From an uncultured bacterium (GTDB lineage: Bacteria; Krumholzibacteriota; Krumholzibacteriia; Krumholzibacteriales; Krumholzibacteriaceae), in the NCBI GenBank assembly GCA_963786935.1, contig CAWBAN010000002.1:64001-128000 (forward strand): a DNA stretch of 64,000 nucleotides, read 5' to 3'. Shown piece after piece: positions 7,691 to 17,140 of this stretch. The notes under the pieces are model-generated. The model was not told the origin of the DNA. It saw only the letters and a program-made list of their open reading frames with translations, and did not search any database. Made by a program: the position numbers and the translations under genes. Numbering within the stretch: the stretch's first letter is position 1; every line of letters starts with the position of its first letter.

Positions 7691-8875
7691 ATGGCGGAAA
7701 ACAGGAACGGCATCAACGAGATATACATGGACCGCATCGCCGCGGCGCCGGTGAGGCCGGAAGCCGTCGATGCCATGGCGCCGCTGCTGCGGGACGGCTT
7801 CGGGAATCCCCAGAGCGTCCACGGAAGAGGACAGGCCGCGGCGGAAGTGCTCACCCGGGCCCGCGAGCAGGTGGCCGCCCTCGTCGGCGCGGACCCGTGG
7901 GACGTGATCTTCACGGCGACCGGCTCCGAGGCCAACAACATGGCCCTCAAGGGCATCTCCCCCAGCCGGAAGAAGAAATCCAACCGCATCATCATATCGG
8001 CGATCGAGCACCATTCGGTGATGAATCCGGCCCGGACGCTGGCGAAAGAGGGATTCGAGCTCGTCATCCTCCCGGTCGACCGGCACGGCCTCGTGTCGCC
8101 GACGGCCCTCGAGGCGGAGCTCGCCAAGGGCGCCGCGCTCGTCTCTATCATGCACGCCAACACCGAGATAGGCACGATCGAGCCGGTCGCCGAGCTCGCC
8201 GGGCTCTGCGGAAAGGCCGGCGTCCCGATGCATTCTGACGCGTGGGGCACGGCGGGGGTCGTGCCCGTCGATATGGCGAAGCTCGGCGTGAGCGCCCTCA
8301 CGATCGCCGCCCAGAACTTCGGCGGCCCGCCCGGGGCGGCGGCCCTCATTCTCCCGAAGGGGACGCCGGCTCGCGGGCTCATCGAGGGGGGCGTGCAGGA
8401 GCGGGGCCTGCGCGCGGGGCAGGAGAACATTCCGGCCATCGCGGGGATGGGCGTGGCGGCGGAGCTCGCGGCGAAGGAGCTCGAGGCGAACGCCGCCCGC
8501 ACGCTCGCGATCCGCGACGAACTGCTCGGGCGGCTCCCGGCGGAGATCGATCACGTGATCGTCACGGGGCACCCCGAGAAGCGGCTCCCGAACCACGCGA
8601 GCTTCTGCGTCGAGTATATCGAGGGGGAAGGCATGCTGCTCTTCCTCGACATGAAGGGCATCCGGGCCGCGAGCGGCTCGGCGTGCACGTCCAAGGCGCT
8701 CAAGGGGAGCTACGTGCTCCAGGCGATCGGGGTGGAGACGGCGCTCGCGCAGGGCTCGATCGTATTCACGATGGGGCCGGCGAACCGCCTCGAGGACGTC
8801 GATACGATACTTTCGGTCATGAAGCCCGTCGTTTCGAGGCTTCGCGAGATGTCACCGATTTACAAAAGGAAGTAG
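7691..8875 (+). CDS. iscS: Cysteine desulfurase (IscS/NifS)-family protein lacking the PLP Schiff-base lysine
   Basis: FGNPQS, EANN, IEHHSV, HANTEIGTI and SGSACTS are conserved; the SxHK motif reads AAQN. Confidence 0.85.
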   Translation: MAENRNGINEIYMDRIAAAPVRPEAVDAMAPLLRDGFGNPQSVHGRGQAAAEVLTRAREQVAALVGADPWDVIFTATGSEANNMALKGISPSRKKKSNRIIISAIEHHSVMNPARTLAKEGFELVILPVDRHGLVSPTALEAELAKGAALVSIMHANTEIGTIEPVAELAGLCGKAGVPMHSDAWGTAGVVPVDMAKLGVSALTIAAQNFGGPPGAAALILPKGTPARGLIEGGVQERGLRAGQENIPAIAGMGVAAELAAKELEANAARTLAIRDELLGRLPAEIDHVIVTGHPEKRLPNHASFCVEYIEGEGMLLFLDMKGIRAASGSACTSKALKGSYVLQAIGVETALAQGSIVFTMGPANRLEDVDTILSVMKPVVSRLREMSPIYKRK

Positions 8876-8878
8876 GCG

Positions 8879-9460
8879 ATGGCTCTCTACAGCGACAAGG
8901 TGATGGATCATTTCATGAATCCCCGCAACGTCGGGGATATCCCGGACGCCGACGGCTCAGGCGAGATCGGCAATCCCGTCTGCGGCGACATGATGACGTT
9001 CTACATCAAGGTGAAGGACGGCCGTCTCGAGGACGTGAAGTTCAAGACCTTCGGCTGCGGCGCGGCGATCGCCGTTTCGAGCATGGTGAGCGAGATGGCG
9101 AAGGGCAAGACGCTCGACGAGGCGATGAAGATCACGAACGAATCGGTCGCCGAGGAGCTCGGGGGGCTCCCGAAGAACAAGATGCATTGCTCGAACCTCG
9201 GCGCGGACGCGCTCCACGCCGCGATCGAGAGCTACCGCGCGAAAAAGGCGGGCGCGCCGGCGAAGGCGGCGGCCGCGGCGCACGACCACGGCGACGAATG
9301 CACCTGCCCGTTCTGCGATTCCGAGCTCGCCGAGGAAGAGGCCCCCATCTGCCGGAGCTGCGGCGTGTCGTTCGAGTCGTGCCCCTCGTGCGGCAAGCTC
9401 GTGTCGAGCAAGGACAAGAGCTGCCCGCACTGCGGCGCCGCTCACGAGGGAAAAGGCTGA
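8879..9460 (+). CDS. iscU: Fe-S scaffold IscU/NifU N-domain with C-terminal double zinc ribbon
   Basis: YSDKVMDHFMNPRNVG, GNPVCGD, FGCG, LPKNKMHCS; tail CPFC/CRSC/CPSC/CPHC. Confidence 0.9.
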   Translation: MALYSDKVMDHFMNPRNVGDIPDADGSGEIGNPVCGDMMTFYIKVKDGRLEDVKFKTFGCGAAIAVSSMVSEMAKGKTLDEAMKITNESVAEELGGLPKNKMHCSNLGADALHAAIESYRAKKAGAPAKAAAAAHDHGDECTCPFCDSELAEEEAPICRSCGVSFESCPSCGKLVSSKDKSCPHCGAAHEGKG

Positions 9461-9511
9461 AATGCGGGCGGCCCGGCGGCCGTCGGGCGCCGGGGCACTC
9501 CGCGGAGCTTC

Positions 9512-10423
9512 ATGCCGAAACGAGAGCTCGTCGACAAGATACAGGCGCTCAAGACCGAGCGGGATGCGATCATCCTCGCCCACAACTATCAGCCCCCCGA
9601 GATCCAGGACATCGCGGACCGGCTCGGCGATTCGCTCGACCTGAGCCGGTACGCGGCCTCGGCGAGCGAGAAGGTGATCGTCTTCTGCGGCGTGCATTTC
9701 ATGGCCGAGACCGCGGCCATCCTCTCCCCCGAGAAGACCGTTCTCCTGCCCGACCCGAAGGCGGGCTGCCCGATGGCCGACATGATGAGCGCCGGCGAGC
9801 TCGCCGCGCTCCGGAAGAAGCACCCCGGCGCCATCGTCGTCACCTACGTGAACTCCACGGCGGAGGTCAAGGCCCAGACCGACATCTGCTGCACCTCGGC
9901 GAACGCCGTGCGGGTCGTGAACGCGGTGCCCGAAGGGAAGACGATCATCTTCGGCCCCGACCGGTACCTCGGCGCGTGGGTCGCCGCGAAGACCGGACGG
10001 GAAATGATCCTCTGGCAGGGGTACTGCCCCACGCACCAGAAGATCCATCCCGAGCACCTCCTCGAGCAGCGCAAGGCGCACCCCGACGCCGTCGTCATGG
10101 TGCATCCCGAGGTCAATCCGGCCGTCGCGGCCGCCGCGGACGCCGTGCTCGGCACCGGCGGCATGATCGCCTACGTGGAAAAGAGCCCGGCCCGGGAGTT
10201 CATCGTCGGCACGGAGACGGGAATGGTGTACCGCCTGCAGCGGTGCTACCCCGACCGGCGGTTCTTCGCCGCGACGGAGCACGCCCTCTGTCCCAACATG
10301 AAGAAGATCACGCTCGAGAAGGTCGCGCGGTCGCTCGAGAAGCTCGAGCCGGCCGTCTCCGTGAAGCCGAAGATCGCCGGCCTCGCGCGGCGGGCGATCC
10401 TCGCGATGCTCGAGGTTTCGTGA
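9512..10423 (+). CDS. nadA: Quinolinate synthase A
   Basis: LAHNYQ, GDSL, FCGVHFMAE, AGCPMA, YVNS, CPTH, HPE, CPNMK motifs. Confidence 0.95.
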   Translation: MPKRELVDKIQALKTERDAIILAHNYQPPEIQDIADRLGDSLDLSRYAASASEKVIVFCGVHFMAETAAILSPEKTVLLPDPKAGCPMADMMSAGELAALRKKHPGAIVVTYVNSTAEVKAQTDICCTSANAVRVVNAVPEGKTIIFGPDRYLGAWVAAKTGREMILWQGYCPTHQKIHPEHLLEQRKAHPDAVVMVHPEVNPAVAAAADAVLGTGGMIAYVEKSPAREFIVGTETGMVYRLQRCYPDRRFFAATEHALCPNMKKITLEKVARSLEKLEPAVSVKPKIAGLARRAILAMLEVS

Positions 10424-10442
10424 CCGGGAGCGGGCCTGCGCG

Positions 10443-11957
10443 ATGACGCCTGAAACGCCACGCGAAAAGCGAATCTTCGGCGCCCTCTTCCTCGGCCTCG
10501 TCGCGCTCCACCTCGCGCTCGTGTTCTCGACGCGGCTCTTTCCCTTCACCGACCTTCCCGACCACCTCGCCGCCGCGACGATCGCGCGGCAGGCCGGCGA
10601 CGCGTCGAGCCCTCTCTCGCGCTGCTTCCGCGTCGACGCCTTCCCGAAGCCGAACACGTTTCACCTGTGGTTCTGCTCGCTCCCCGTCTTTCCCTCGGCC
10701 GAGGCGGCGAACCGGACGCTCTTCGCGCTCTACGTCGTGCTCTTTCCGGTTTCGGTCCTCCTCGCCCTGCGCAAGCTCGGCGGGAGCCCGTGGTTCGCGC
10801 TCCTCTCGTTCCTCTATGTGTACAATTACAGCGTGAGCTGGGGATTCGTCGGTTTCGCGCTGGCCGTGCCGCCGGCGATCCTCTTCTTTCGCTTCTTCGT
10901 TTTCGACGAGCGGGGAGTTTCCGGAGCCCGGCGCTCGGCGCTCGCCGCGGCCTCGCTCCTCCTCCTCTACTTCGTTCACGTGCTCGTGGCGCTCTTCTGC
11001 GCCCTCCTCGTCATCCTGCGCCTCTTCTCGCGGAGAAGGGGCGTCTTGCGGGCGCTTCCCGCGAGCGCGGCGGCGCTGCTCCCGCTCGCGTTCCTCATGC
11101 TCGTATGGTGGCGGGGAGAATCGCGCGAGTACGCGGGGACGGGGCTCGCGCAATTCCTCGGGGAATATTACCGGGGCTCGTTCGCCGGGACGTTCCTCAA
11201 GAGGAAAGGCGTTTTCATCTTCGACAACTATCATCTCTTCGCGGGGGCCGCGGGATACGCGGTCGCCGCGCTCTTCTCCCTCGCGGTGGTCGTGCCGGCG
11301 GCGTTCGCGCTTCGGTCCCGCGGCCGCGGCGCCGGCGGCACCGCTCCTGGCGCACCGGGCGTCCTGACGCTCCTCGCGGGCGCTTCGATCTGCTGCCTGT
11401 TCCTTCCGAACGAGCTTCCCCAGCAGGCCGTGCTCTACGAGCGGTTCTCCGTGTTTCTCATGATCGCGCTGATCCTCTTCGCCGCCTCGCGCCTCCCGGC
11501 GCGGCTCCCCCGCGCGGCGGCCGGCGCGTTCGCCGCGCTCACCGTTCTCCATGGTCTCCTCTGGGCGCAGTACTTCTTCGCGTTCAATCGCGAGAACGCC
11601 GGATTCGATCGCGAATTCCTGCGGCCGGAGGCGGGCGGGAAGAAGCTCGCCGGCCTCATCTTCGATTACGCCTACCGCGGGCGGCCGACCTACATCCATT
11701 TTCCCAGCTACTACATCGTGTGGGAGAAAGAGGCCGCCACGGCGAGCCTCGCCGATTTCAGGTTCGGCGCGGTCCGGCGGGGCGTGAGCGGGATCGAGCT
11801 GCCCCGCTATCTCGAGTGGGTGGGAAAGCGCGGGGGATACGACGGCAGGTACGGCCATATGGATTACCTGCTGCTCAGGGGCGGCGCCGCGCCCGCGGGA
11901 TTCGAGCTCGAGCGGGCCGTCGGGAAGTGGGCGCTCTACTCGCGTGAAAATAATTGA
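10443..11957 (+). CDS. Polytopic membrane protein, possibly GT-C-type glycosyltransferase-like
   Basis: Many hydrophobic segments; 'PFTDLPDHLA' loop after the first TM helix. Confidence 0.55.
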   Translation: MTPETPREKRIFGALFLGLVALHLALVFSTRLFPFTDLPDHLAAATIARQAGDASSPLSRCFRVDAFPKPNTFHLWFCSLPVFPSAEAANRTLFALYVVLFPVSVLLALRKLGGSPWFALLSFLYVYNYSVSWGFVGFALAVPPAILFFRFFVFDERGVSGARRSALAAASLLLLYFVHVLVALFCALLVILRLFSRRRGVLRALPASAAALLPLAFLMLVWWRGESREYAGTGLAQFLGEYYRGSFAGTFLKRKGVFIFDNYHLFAGAAGYAVAALFSLAVVVPAAFALRSRGRGAGGTAPGAPGVLTLLAGASICCLFLPNELPQQAVLYERFSVFLMIALILFAASRLPARLPRAAAGAFAALTVLHGLLWAQYFFAFNRENAGFDREFLRPEAGGKKLAGLIFDYAYRGRPTYIHFPSYYIVWEKEAATASLADFRFGAVRRGVSGIELPRYLEWVGKRGGYDGRYGHMDYLLLRGGAAPAGFELERAVGKWALYSRENN

Positions 11958-12036
11958 CATCCCCCGCGAATTCGCCTAAACAGGCTTTGATAACACATCC
12001 GCAGCGTCCCGTCGAACCCTTGCAAGGAGGCGCCCC

Positions 12037-13263
12037 ATGAAACGGACGGCAGTCGTGCTCGCGCTCTTCGCGCTCTGCTGCGCCGCGGTATCGGCCGCGG
12101 CCGGAGAGACGGAGCCCTCGTACACCTTCAAGTTCAGCGGCTACTTCAAGGCCGACTTCATCTACGATCAGACCCGCGTGAACTCGGGCGACTACGCGCT
12201 CTACCTTCTGGAGCGCACGCCCCTCGACGCGCCGGACGACGACGTCACGAGCATCACGGCGCGCGAGACGCGCTTCGGCGTGGACTTCTCGTGGATGGAG
12301 AAGGACGTCCGGACCGACGCGAAGCTCGAGTTCGACTTCTACGGGTTCGGGGCCGCGCCGGCGAGCCTCAACTCGATGGAGAACAGATCGACGCCGATGC
12401 TGCGGCACGCCTACGCGAAAGTCACGAAGGGGCAGTGGTCCCTGCTCGCCGGCCAGACGAGCGACATCATTTCGCCGCTCGTGCCGAAGACGGCGAACTA
12501 CACCGTCCTCTGGGATCAGGGAAACATCGGCTATCGCAGGCCTCAGGTGCGGCTCTCGGCCTGGGGGGATCTCTCCGATAACGGGAGGATTTTCGCGGCG
12601 GCCGGCCTCTTCCGCACCCTCGGCGGCGACATCGACGGCAACCGCATCGACGACGGCGCCGACGCGGGCATGCCGACCATCCAGGGACGGCTCGCGATGT
12701 CATCGAAGATCCGGGAGGCGGGCTCGATGGAGCTCGGCGTCTCCGGGCATTACGGCACGGAAGACTACTGGACCGGCAGAACCACGAAGAGCGTCGAGTC
12801 GTGGTCCGGGAACGTCGATCTCAAGGTCGCTCCCTGCGAGCGCACCGAGCTCTTGGTCGAGCTCTTCGTCGGCGACAACCTCGGCAGCTATTTCGGCGGC
12901 GTCGGACAGACGGTCAATCCGATGCTGACGGAGATCGGCTCGAAGGGCGGATGGGCGGAGCTCTCCTACCGCGCGACAAAGTGCGTCCTCCTCAACGTCG
13001 GCTACGGCATCGACAATCCGGACGAGGACGATTTCCTCATCCCCGCCGACGAGACGGACGTGCGGAGCTTCATCGGCCGGAACTCGAACCTGTTCGGAAG
13101 CGTCATGTACGATATGACGAGCACCGTCACCCTCATGGCGGAGCTCGCGTGGCTCAAGACGGCGTACGAGTACCGGTGGATGGCCGCCGGGGACCTCCAC
13201 GCGGACGACAAGGAATACGACGAGATGCGCGTCCAGTTCGCGCTGAAGGCGGCGATCAAGTAA
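12037..13263 (+). CDS. Outer-membrane porin, DcaP-like
   Basis: Signal peptide, 'FSGYFKADFIYD', 'ARETRFG', 'EFDFYG', 'LRHAY', 'LAGQT', 'RRPQVR'; GGAG RBS. Confidence 0.7.
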   Translation: MKRTAVVLALFALCCAAVSAAAGETEPSYTFKFSGYFKADFIYDQTRVNSGDYALYLLERTPLDAPDDDVTSITARETRFGVDFSWMEKDVRTDAKLEFDFYGFGAAPASLNSMENRSTPMLRHAYAKVTKGQWSLLAGQTSDIISPLVPKTANYTVLWDQGNIGYRRPQVRLSAWGDLSDNGRIFAAAGLFRTLGGDIDGNRIDDGADAGMPTIQGRLAMSSKIREAGSMELGVSGHYGTEDYWTGRTTKSVESWSGNVDLKVAPCERTELLVELFVGDNLGSYFGGVGQTVNPMLTEIGSKGGWAELSYRATKCVLLNVGYGIDNPDEDDFLIPADETDVRSFIGRNSNLFGSVMYDMTSTVTLMAELAWLKTAYEYRWMAAGDLHADDKEYDEMRVQFALKAAIK

Positions 13264-13269
13264 GCCGGC

Positions 13270-14733
13270 TCACGGAAGCTTCTTCAAGCCGAACCGCTTC
13301 GCCTCGGCGGTCATAATGTCAGCGAGGCACGCGCCGACCTCGGCGTCGAGCGGCTCGCTCTGGTGCGCCGCGAGGATCTTCTCGACGCGCTCGGCCGCTC
13401 GCGTGGCCGCGTCCTTCGAGCCCTGCTTGTGCCACTCGTCGAGTGCGTTGCGGTCGATCACCTCGTCGGGGAAGTAAGCCTCCTTGCGGAACCATTTCAT
13501 CGTGTGGGCGAGCGAGAGGAAGCTCTTGCGCTCGATACCCTCGCGCATGAGGTCGAGCGGCACGACGGGATCGTCGCGGAGCTCGATGCCGTCGACGAGG
13601 CGGAGCGCCATGCGGCAGATCTCGTTGTCGAGGACGAGCTTCTCGAGGCTCTGGCATGACTCGAAGTCGAGCATGCCGGGGCCCGATATATTATTGATGC
13701 CGCTGAGCGCCGCGATCATGGCGCCCATCGCGGTCTCCATGCCCGCCTGATAGTCCACCGTCTTCGAATCGCTCAGCGCCATGTACGCCTGCACGGGGAG
13801 CCCGAGGTGCTTCCCGATCTCGGCGTATGCGCCGTCGATCATCATCGTCTCGACCGCGCCCATCGGCGTCGTCCCCTTGCGCATGTCGAAGCACGCGGGG
13901 GAGCCGCCGTAGACGATCGGCGCGCCCGGCACGGCGAGCTGGTGAATGACGACGCCGCTGAGCGACTCGGCGCAGTGCTGCACGACGGCCCCGGCGAGGG
14001 TGACCGGCGAGGTCGCCCCGGTGAGCGGCATCGAGATGAGCTCGGCCACGATCCCCGTCCGCGCGCAGTCGATGAGCGCCTGCGCGGTGAGGTCGCTCCA
14101 TTTGAGCGGCGGAGACGGGCAGCAGTCGAAGATCGCCATCGGCTTGGCGCGGAGCTTCTCGGCGTCCCCGGCGACGGCCGAGAGCATCTCGTGCATCGGC
14201 TTGAACGCGTCGACGCGGAAGGTGCCGGTGACGACCGGCTTCACCGAATGCCGGAGCGCGATGAAGAGGCGGTAGCGGTCCTGTATCTCGTTCGGCACGT
14301 CCCCGGCGATGAGCCCCGTGCTCTGCGCGGCGAGGCCCGGGAGCGCGTCGGTGAGGGTGACGAAACGAACGAGGTCGGCCGTGACGGGCGTGCGCGCGCG
14401 TTTCTCCTTCGGATCGTAGATGCGCAGGGCGGCCGAGCCCGGGTTGAAATGGATACGGTCGCCGCCGAGATGCATGACCTCTTCGCCGCGGCGGTTGTAG
14501 AGCGACACCGTGGACGGCGCGCTCTCGACGGCCTTCTCGACGAGGGCGGCGGGGATGCGCACCTGACGCGTCGTGCGGTCGATGCGGGCGCCCGCGCCGT
14601 CGAGAAGCTTCAGCGCCTCGTCGTTCTCGACGAACACGCCGATCTCCTCGAGGATGCGCTTGGCGTCGTCGACGATTTTCTTGCGGGCCTTCTCCGTCCA
14701 CCAGCCGATTCGCGGGGTCGTCTTCTTCTCCAA
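13270..14733 (-). CDS. Trimethylamine methyltransferase (MttB) superfamily protein, non-pyrrolysine
   Basis: 'SPPLKW', 'GATSPVTLAG', 'PGAPIVYG', 'DMRKG', 'LSDSKTVDYQAGME'; TTG start with GGAGG RBS; no in-frame TAG. Confidence 0.9.
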   Translation of the reverse strand: MEKKTTPRIGWWTEKARKKIVDDAKRILEEIGVFVENDEALKLLDGAGARIDRTTRQVRIPAALVEKAVESAPSTVSLYNRRGEEVMHLGGDRIHFNPGSAALRIYDPKEKRARTPVTADLVRFVTLTDALPGLAAQSTGLIAGDVPNEIQDRYRLFIALRHSVKPVVTGTFRVDAFKPMHEMLSAVAGDAEKLRAKPMAIFDCCPSPPLKWSDLTAQALIDCARTGIVAELISMPLTGATSPVTLAGAVVQHCAESLSGVVIHQLAVPGAPIVYGGSPACFDMRKGTTPMGAVETMMIDGAYAEIGKHLGLPVQAYMALSDSKTVDYQAGMETAMGAMIAALSGINNISGPGMLDFESCQSLEKLVLDNEICRMALRLVDGIELRDDPVVPLDLMREGIERKSFLSLAHTMKWFRKEAYFPDEVIDRNALDEWHKQGSKDAATRAAERVEKILAAHQSEPLDAEVGACLADIMTAEAKRFGLKKLP

Positions 14734-14746
14734 TTCGGGCCTCCCT

Positions 14747-15391
14747 CTACTCCAGCCTGTACCTGCAATCTCGCTTTCCGCAGTTCTCGCACGAGTTCTC
14801 GCTCCGCAGCCGCTCCGGCACCGCGGCGACGTGCACCGCGAACGAGACCGACTTGCGGGGCGTCATCATGAACGTGTCGCTCAGGCTCACGCCGATCCGG
14901 GCGGCGGGGAGCATCTTGAATATGGCCCCCTGCTCCCGGACGTCCCAGTCGCCGTAGCCCGGGGACGCGCGGCACGACGTCTTGAGCCCTTCCCGCGCCG
15001 CCTCGGCGGCGATCCGGTCGTCGACGTACGAGGCGGCGGCTTCGGCGGCGACCGAGCCGATCGCGTCGAGCACGACCGCCTTCAAGAGATCGCTCCCCGT
15101 CGAGAGCCTCGTCACCTCGGCCTCGAGCGCGGGGCCGATGGTGCATACGCAGAACGCCATCCGATCGAGGTGCGCGAATATCTTCGAGCCGGGGAGCTCG
15201 CTTCCCGCGGCGTACGCATAAATCGCTTTCGGCGCGACGAGGCGACTCGCCGCGGCCGCTGCCTCGCCCAGCATATCGTCGTAGCGCCCGGGCGGCGCGG
15301 GCTTGCCTTTCCCTTTGGCCCCGAGAAAGCGCCGCACCTCCGCGGAATCTATCGGCACTTCGAACCCTTCGAGAACGACGGGCTCCGTCAT
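14747..15391 (-). CDS. Methionine synthase (MetH) reactivation-domain-like protein
   Basis: 'VCTIG', 'LDAIGS', 'RASPGYGDW', 'IGVSL...MMTPRKSVS', C-terminal CxxCxxxxC; ATG overlaps the upstream stop. Confidence 0.85.
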   Translation of the reverse strand: MTEPVVLEGFEVPIDSAEVRRFLGAKGKGKPAPPGRYDDMLGEAAAAASRLVAPKAIYAYAAGSELPGSKIFAHLDRMAFCVCTIGPALEAEVTRLSTGSDLLKAVVLDAIGSVAAEAAASYVDDRIAAEAAREGLKTSCRASPGYGDWDVREQGAIFKMLPAARIGVSLSDTFMMTPRKSVSFAVHVAAVPERLRSENSCENCGKRDCRYRLE

Positions 15392-16293
15392 TTGCCGTGC
15401 ACCAGCTTCGCGTGCACCTCGCGGATGAAATCGGGCGTCGTGCCGCAGCACCCTCCCACGGCGCTCGCCCCCGCCGCGACGATCTTCACGGCGTCCTCGG
15501 CGAACTCCCGGGGATGCTGCTTGTAAACGGGAAGCCCGTGCTCCATGACGGGGCGCCCCGCGTTCGGCTGAAAGAGGAGCGGCGCCTGCGTCACGAGCCT
15601 GAACTCCTCGACGAGCTCGATCATCTCGCCGCTCTGCAGCGAGCAATTCGCCCCGATGACGGCGGCGCCCTCCTTGAGGAGCGTCTCCGCCGCGGCCTCG
15701 GTCGTATCCCCCATCATCGTGAAAAATCCGCGCGGCTTGCGGTCGAAGGTGAGCGTGACGACGGCGGGGGCCTTCGAGACTTCCTTCACCGCGCGCAGCG
15801 CCTCGACCGCTTCGCGGATGTCGTACATCGTTTCTATGATGTAGAGGTCGACGCCGGCGCCGGCGAGCGCCTTCGCCTGCTCGCGGAACGCGGCGCGGGC
15901 GTCCTCCGCCTTGAGCGTGCCGACCGGAGGAAAGAAGAGCCCCGTCGGCCCGATGTCCCCCGCGACGAACCGCTCGCGTTTTCCCGAGCGCTCGAGCGCC
16001 TTCCGCGCGATCTCGACCCCCTTCTCGTTCACCCGCACGGGGTCGAGCTTCTTTCCCGCTTCGGAGGACTGGAGCTTGATACGGCTCGCCCCGAAGGTCG
16101 CCGTCGTGACGACCTCGGCCCCCGCCTCGAGGTAGGCGGCGTGCACCTCGCCGATCTTCTCGCCCTTCGAGAGCACCCACTCCTCGGGCACCTCGCGCCG
16201 GGTGAGCCCCGCCGCGATGAGCATGCTTCCCATGCCGCCGTCGAAGATGACGACCTTGCGCTTGATCGTTTCGAGGAAATCGTGCGTATGCAT
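15388..16293 (-). CDS. Homocysteine S-methyltransferase domain protein (stand-alone MetH N-domain)
   Basis: DGGMGS, AGDIGPTG, IETM, GANCS, PNAG, GGCCGTTP. Confidence 0.9.
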   Translation of the reverse strand: MHTHDFLETIKRKVVIFDGGMGSMLIAAGLTRREVPEEWVLSKGEKIGEVHAAYLEAGAEVVTTATFGASRIKLQSSEAGKKLDPVRVNEKGVEIARKALERSGKRERFVAGDIGPTGLFFPPVGTLKAEDARAAFREQAKALAGAGVDLYIIETMYDIREAVEALRAVKEVSKAPAVVTLTFDRKPRGFFTMMGDTTEAAAETLLKEGAAVIGANCSLQSGEMIELVEEFRLVTQAPLLFQPNAGRPVMEHGLPVYKQHPREFAEDAVKIVAAGASAVGGCCGTTPDFIREVHAKLVHGK

Positions 16294-16306
16294 CGCGCCT
16301 CCGGAA

Positions 16307-16957
16307 TTACCCGCGCGAGCCCATGAGGCTGTGCGCGAGGGCGACGGCCGCCACGGCGTCGCCGGCGTATCCGTCGGCCCCGATCTCGCGGGCCCACTCG
16401 TCACTGCACGGCGCGCCGCCGACCATGACCTTCACCGTGCCGCCGAGCGAGCGCTTCTTGAGCTCGTCGACGACGCGCTTCTGCCCGGACATCGTCGTCG
16501 TGAGGAGCGCGGAGATGGCGATGCAGCCCGCGCCGCGCGCCGCGGCCTCGTCGACGAACTTCGCGGCCGGCACGTCGGCGCCGAGATCGGTGATCTCGAA
16601 TCCGTTCGCCGAGAGCATCGTCGCGACGAGCGTCTTGCCGATATCGTGTATATCGCCTTCGATGGTGCCGATGACCACGTGGCCGAGCGATTTCGGCCGC
16701 GAGCCCGCCTTGGCGAGCGCGGGCTGGAGCACCGCCATCGCGCGCTTCATCGCCTCGGCGCCCATGACGAGCTCGGGCAGGAAGAGCGAGCCCTCTTCCC
16801 AGAGGCGGCCCACTTCGTTGATCCCTTTCACGAAACCTTTTTCGATCACGTCGAGCGGCGCATACTTTTTCGCAAGCGCCTCCCGGGCGAGCTTCTCGGC
16901 CGCTTCCGCGTCCCCTTCGAGCACCGACTTCGCGCAACCATCGAGGAATGCCTGCAT
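16307..16957 (-). CDS. Corrinoid (B12-binding) protein, MttC/MtbC-like
   Basis: 'LFLPEL', 'GDIHDIGK' (DxHxxG), 'SALLTTT', 'VGGAP', 'IGADGY'; AAGGAGG RBS. Confidence 0.92.
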   Translation of the reverse strand: MQAFLDGCAKSVLEGDAEAAEKLAREALAKKYAPLDVIEKGFVKGINEVGRLWEEGSLFLPELVMGAEAMKRAMAVLQPALAKAGSRPKSLGHVVIGTIEGDIHDIGKTLVATMLSANGFEITDLGADVPAAKFVDEAAARGAGCIAISALLTTTMSGQKRVVDELKKRSLGGTVKVMVGGAPCSDEWAREIGADGYAGDAVAAVALAHSLMGSRG

Positions 16958-17140
16958 CGAAAGCCTCCTTAGGCTATGGTAGACTTGCAGTTTCGCCGTT
17001 TTCCGCCGTGATGTCAAGGGGCAACTGCCGCCGCGCGCCCGCAACGCGGGTCCTGCCGGCGATTGCACCCCATCCGTGCTCGCAGTGCTGCGCGCGGATG
17101 GGGACCCCATCGCCGTCACCCGCTAACGGTGCGCGTGGCG

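Noticed and set aside
13270..14733. Pyrrolysine-containing MttB
   Set aside because: There is no in-frame TAG; Leu occupies the equivalent position.
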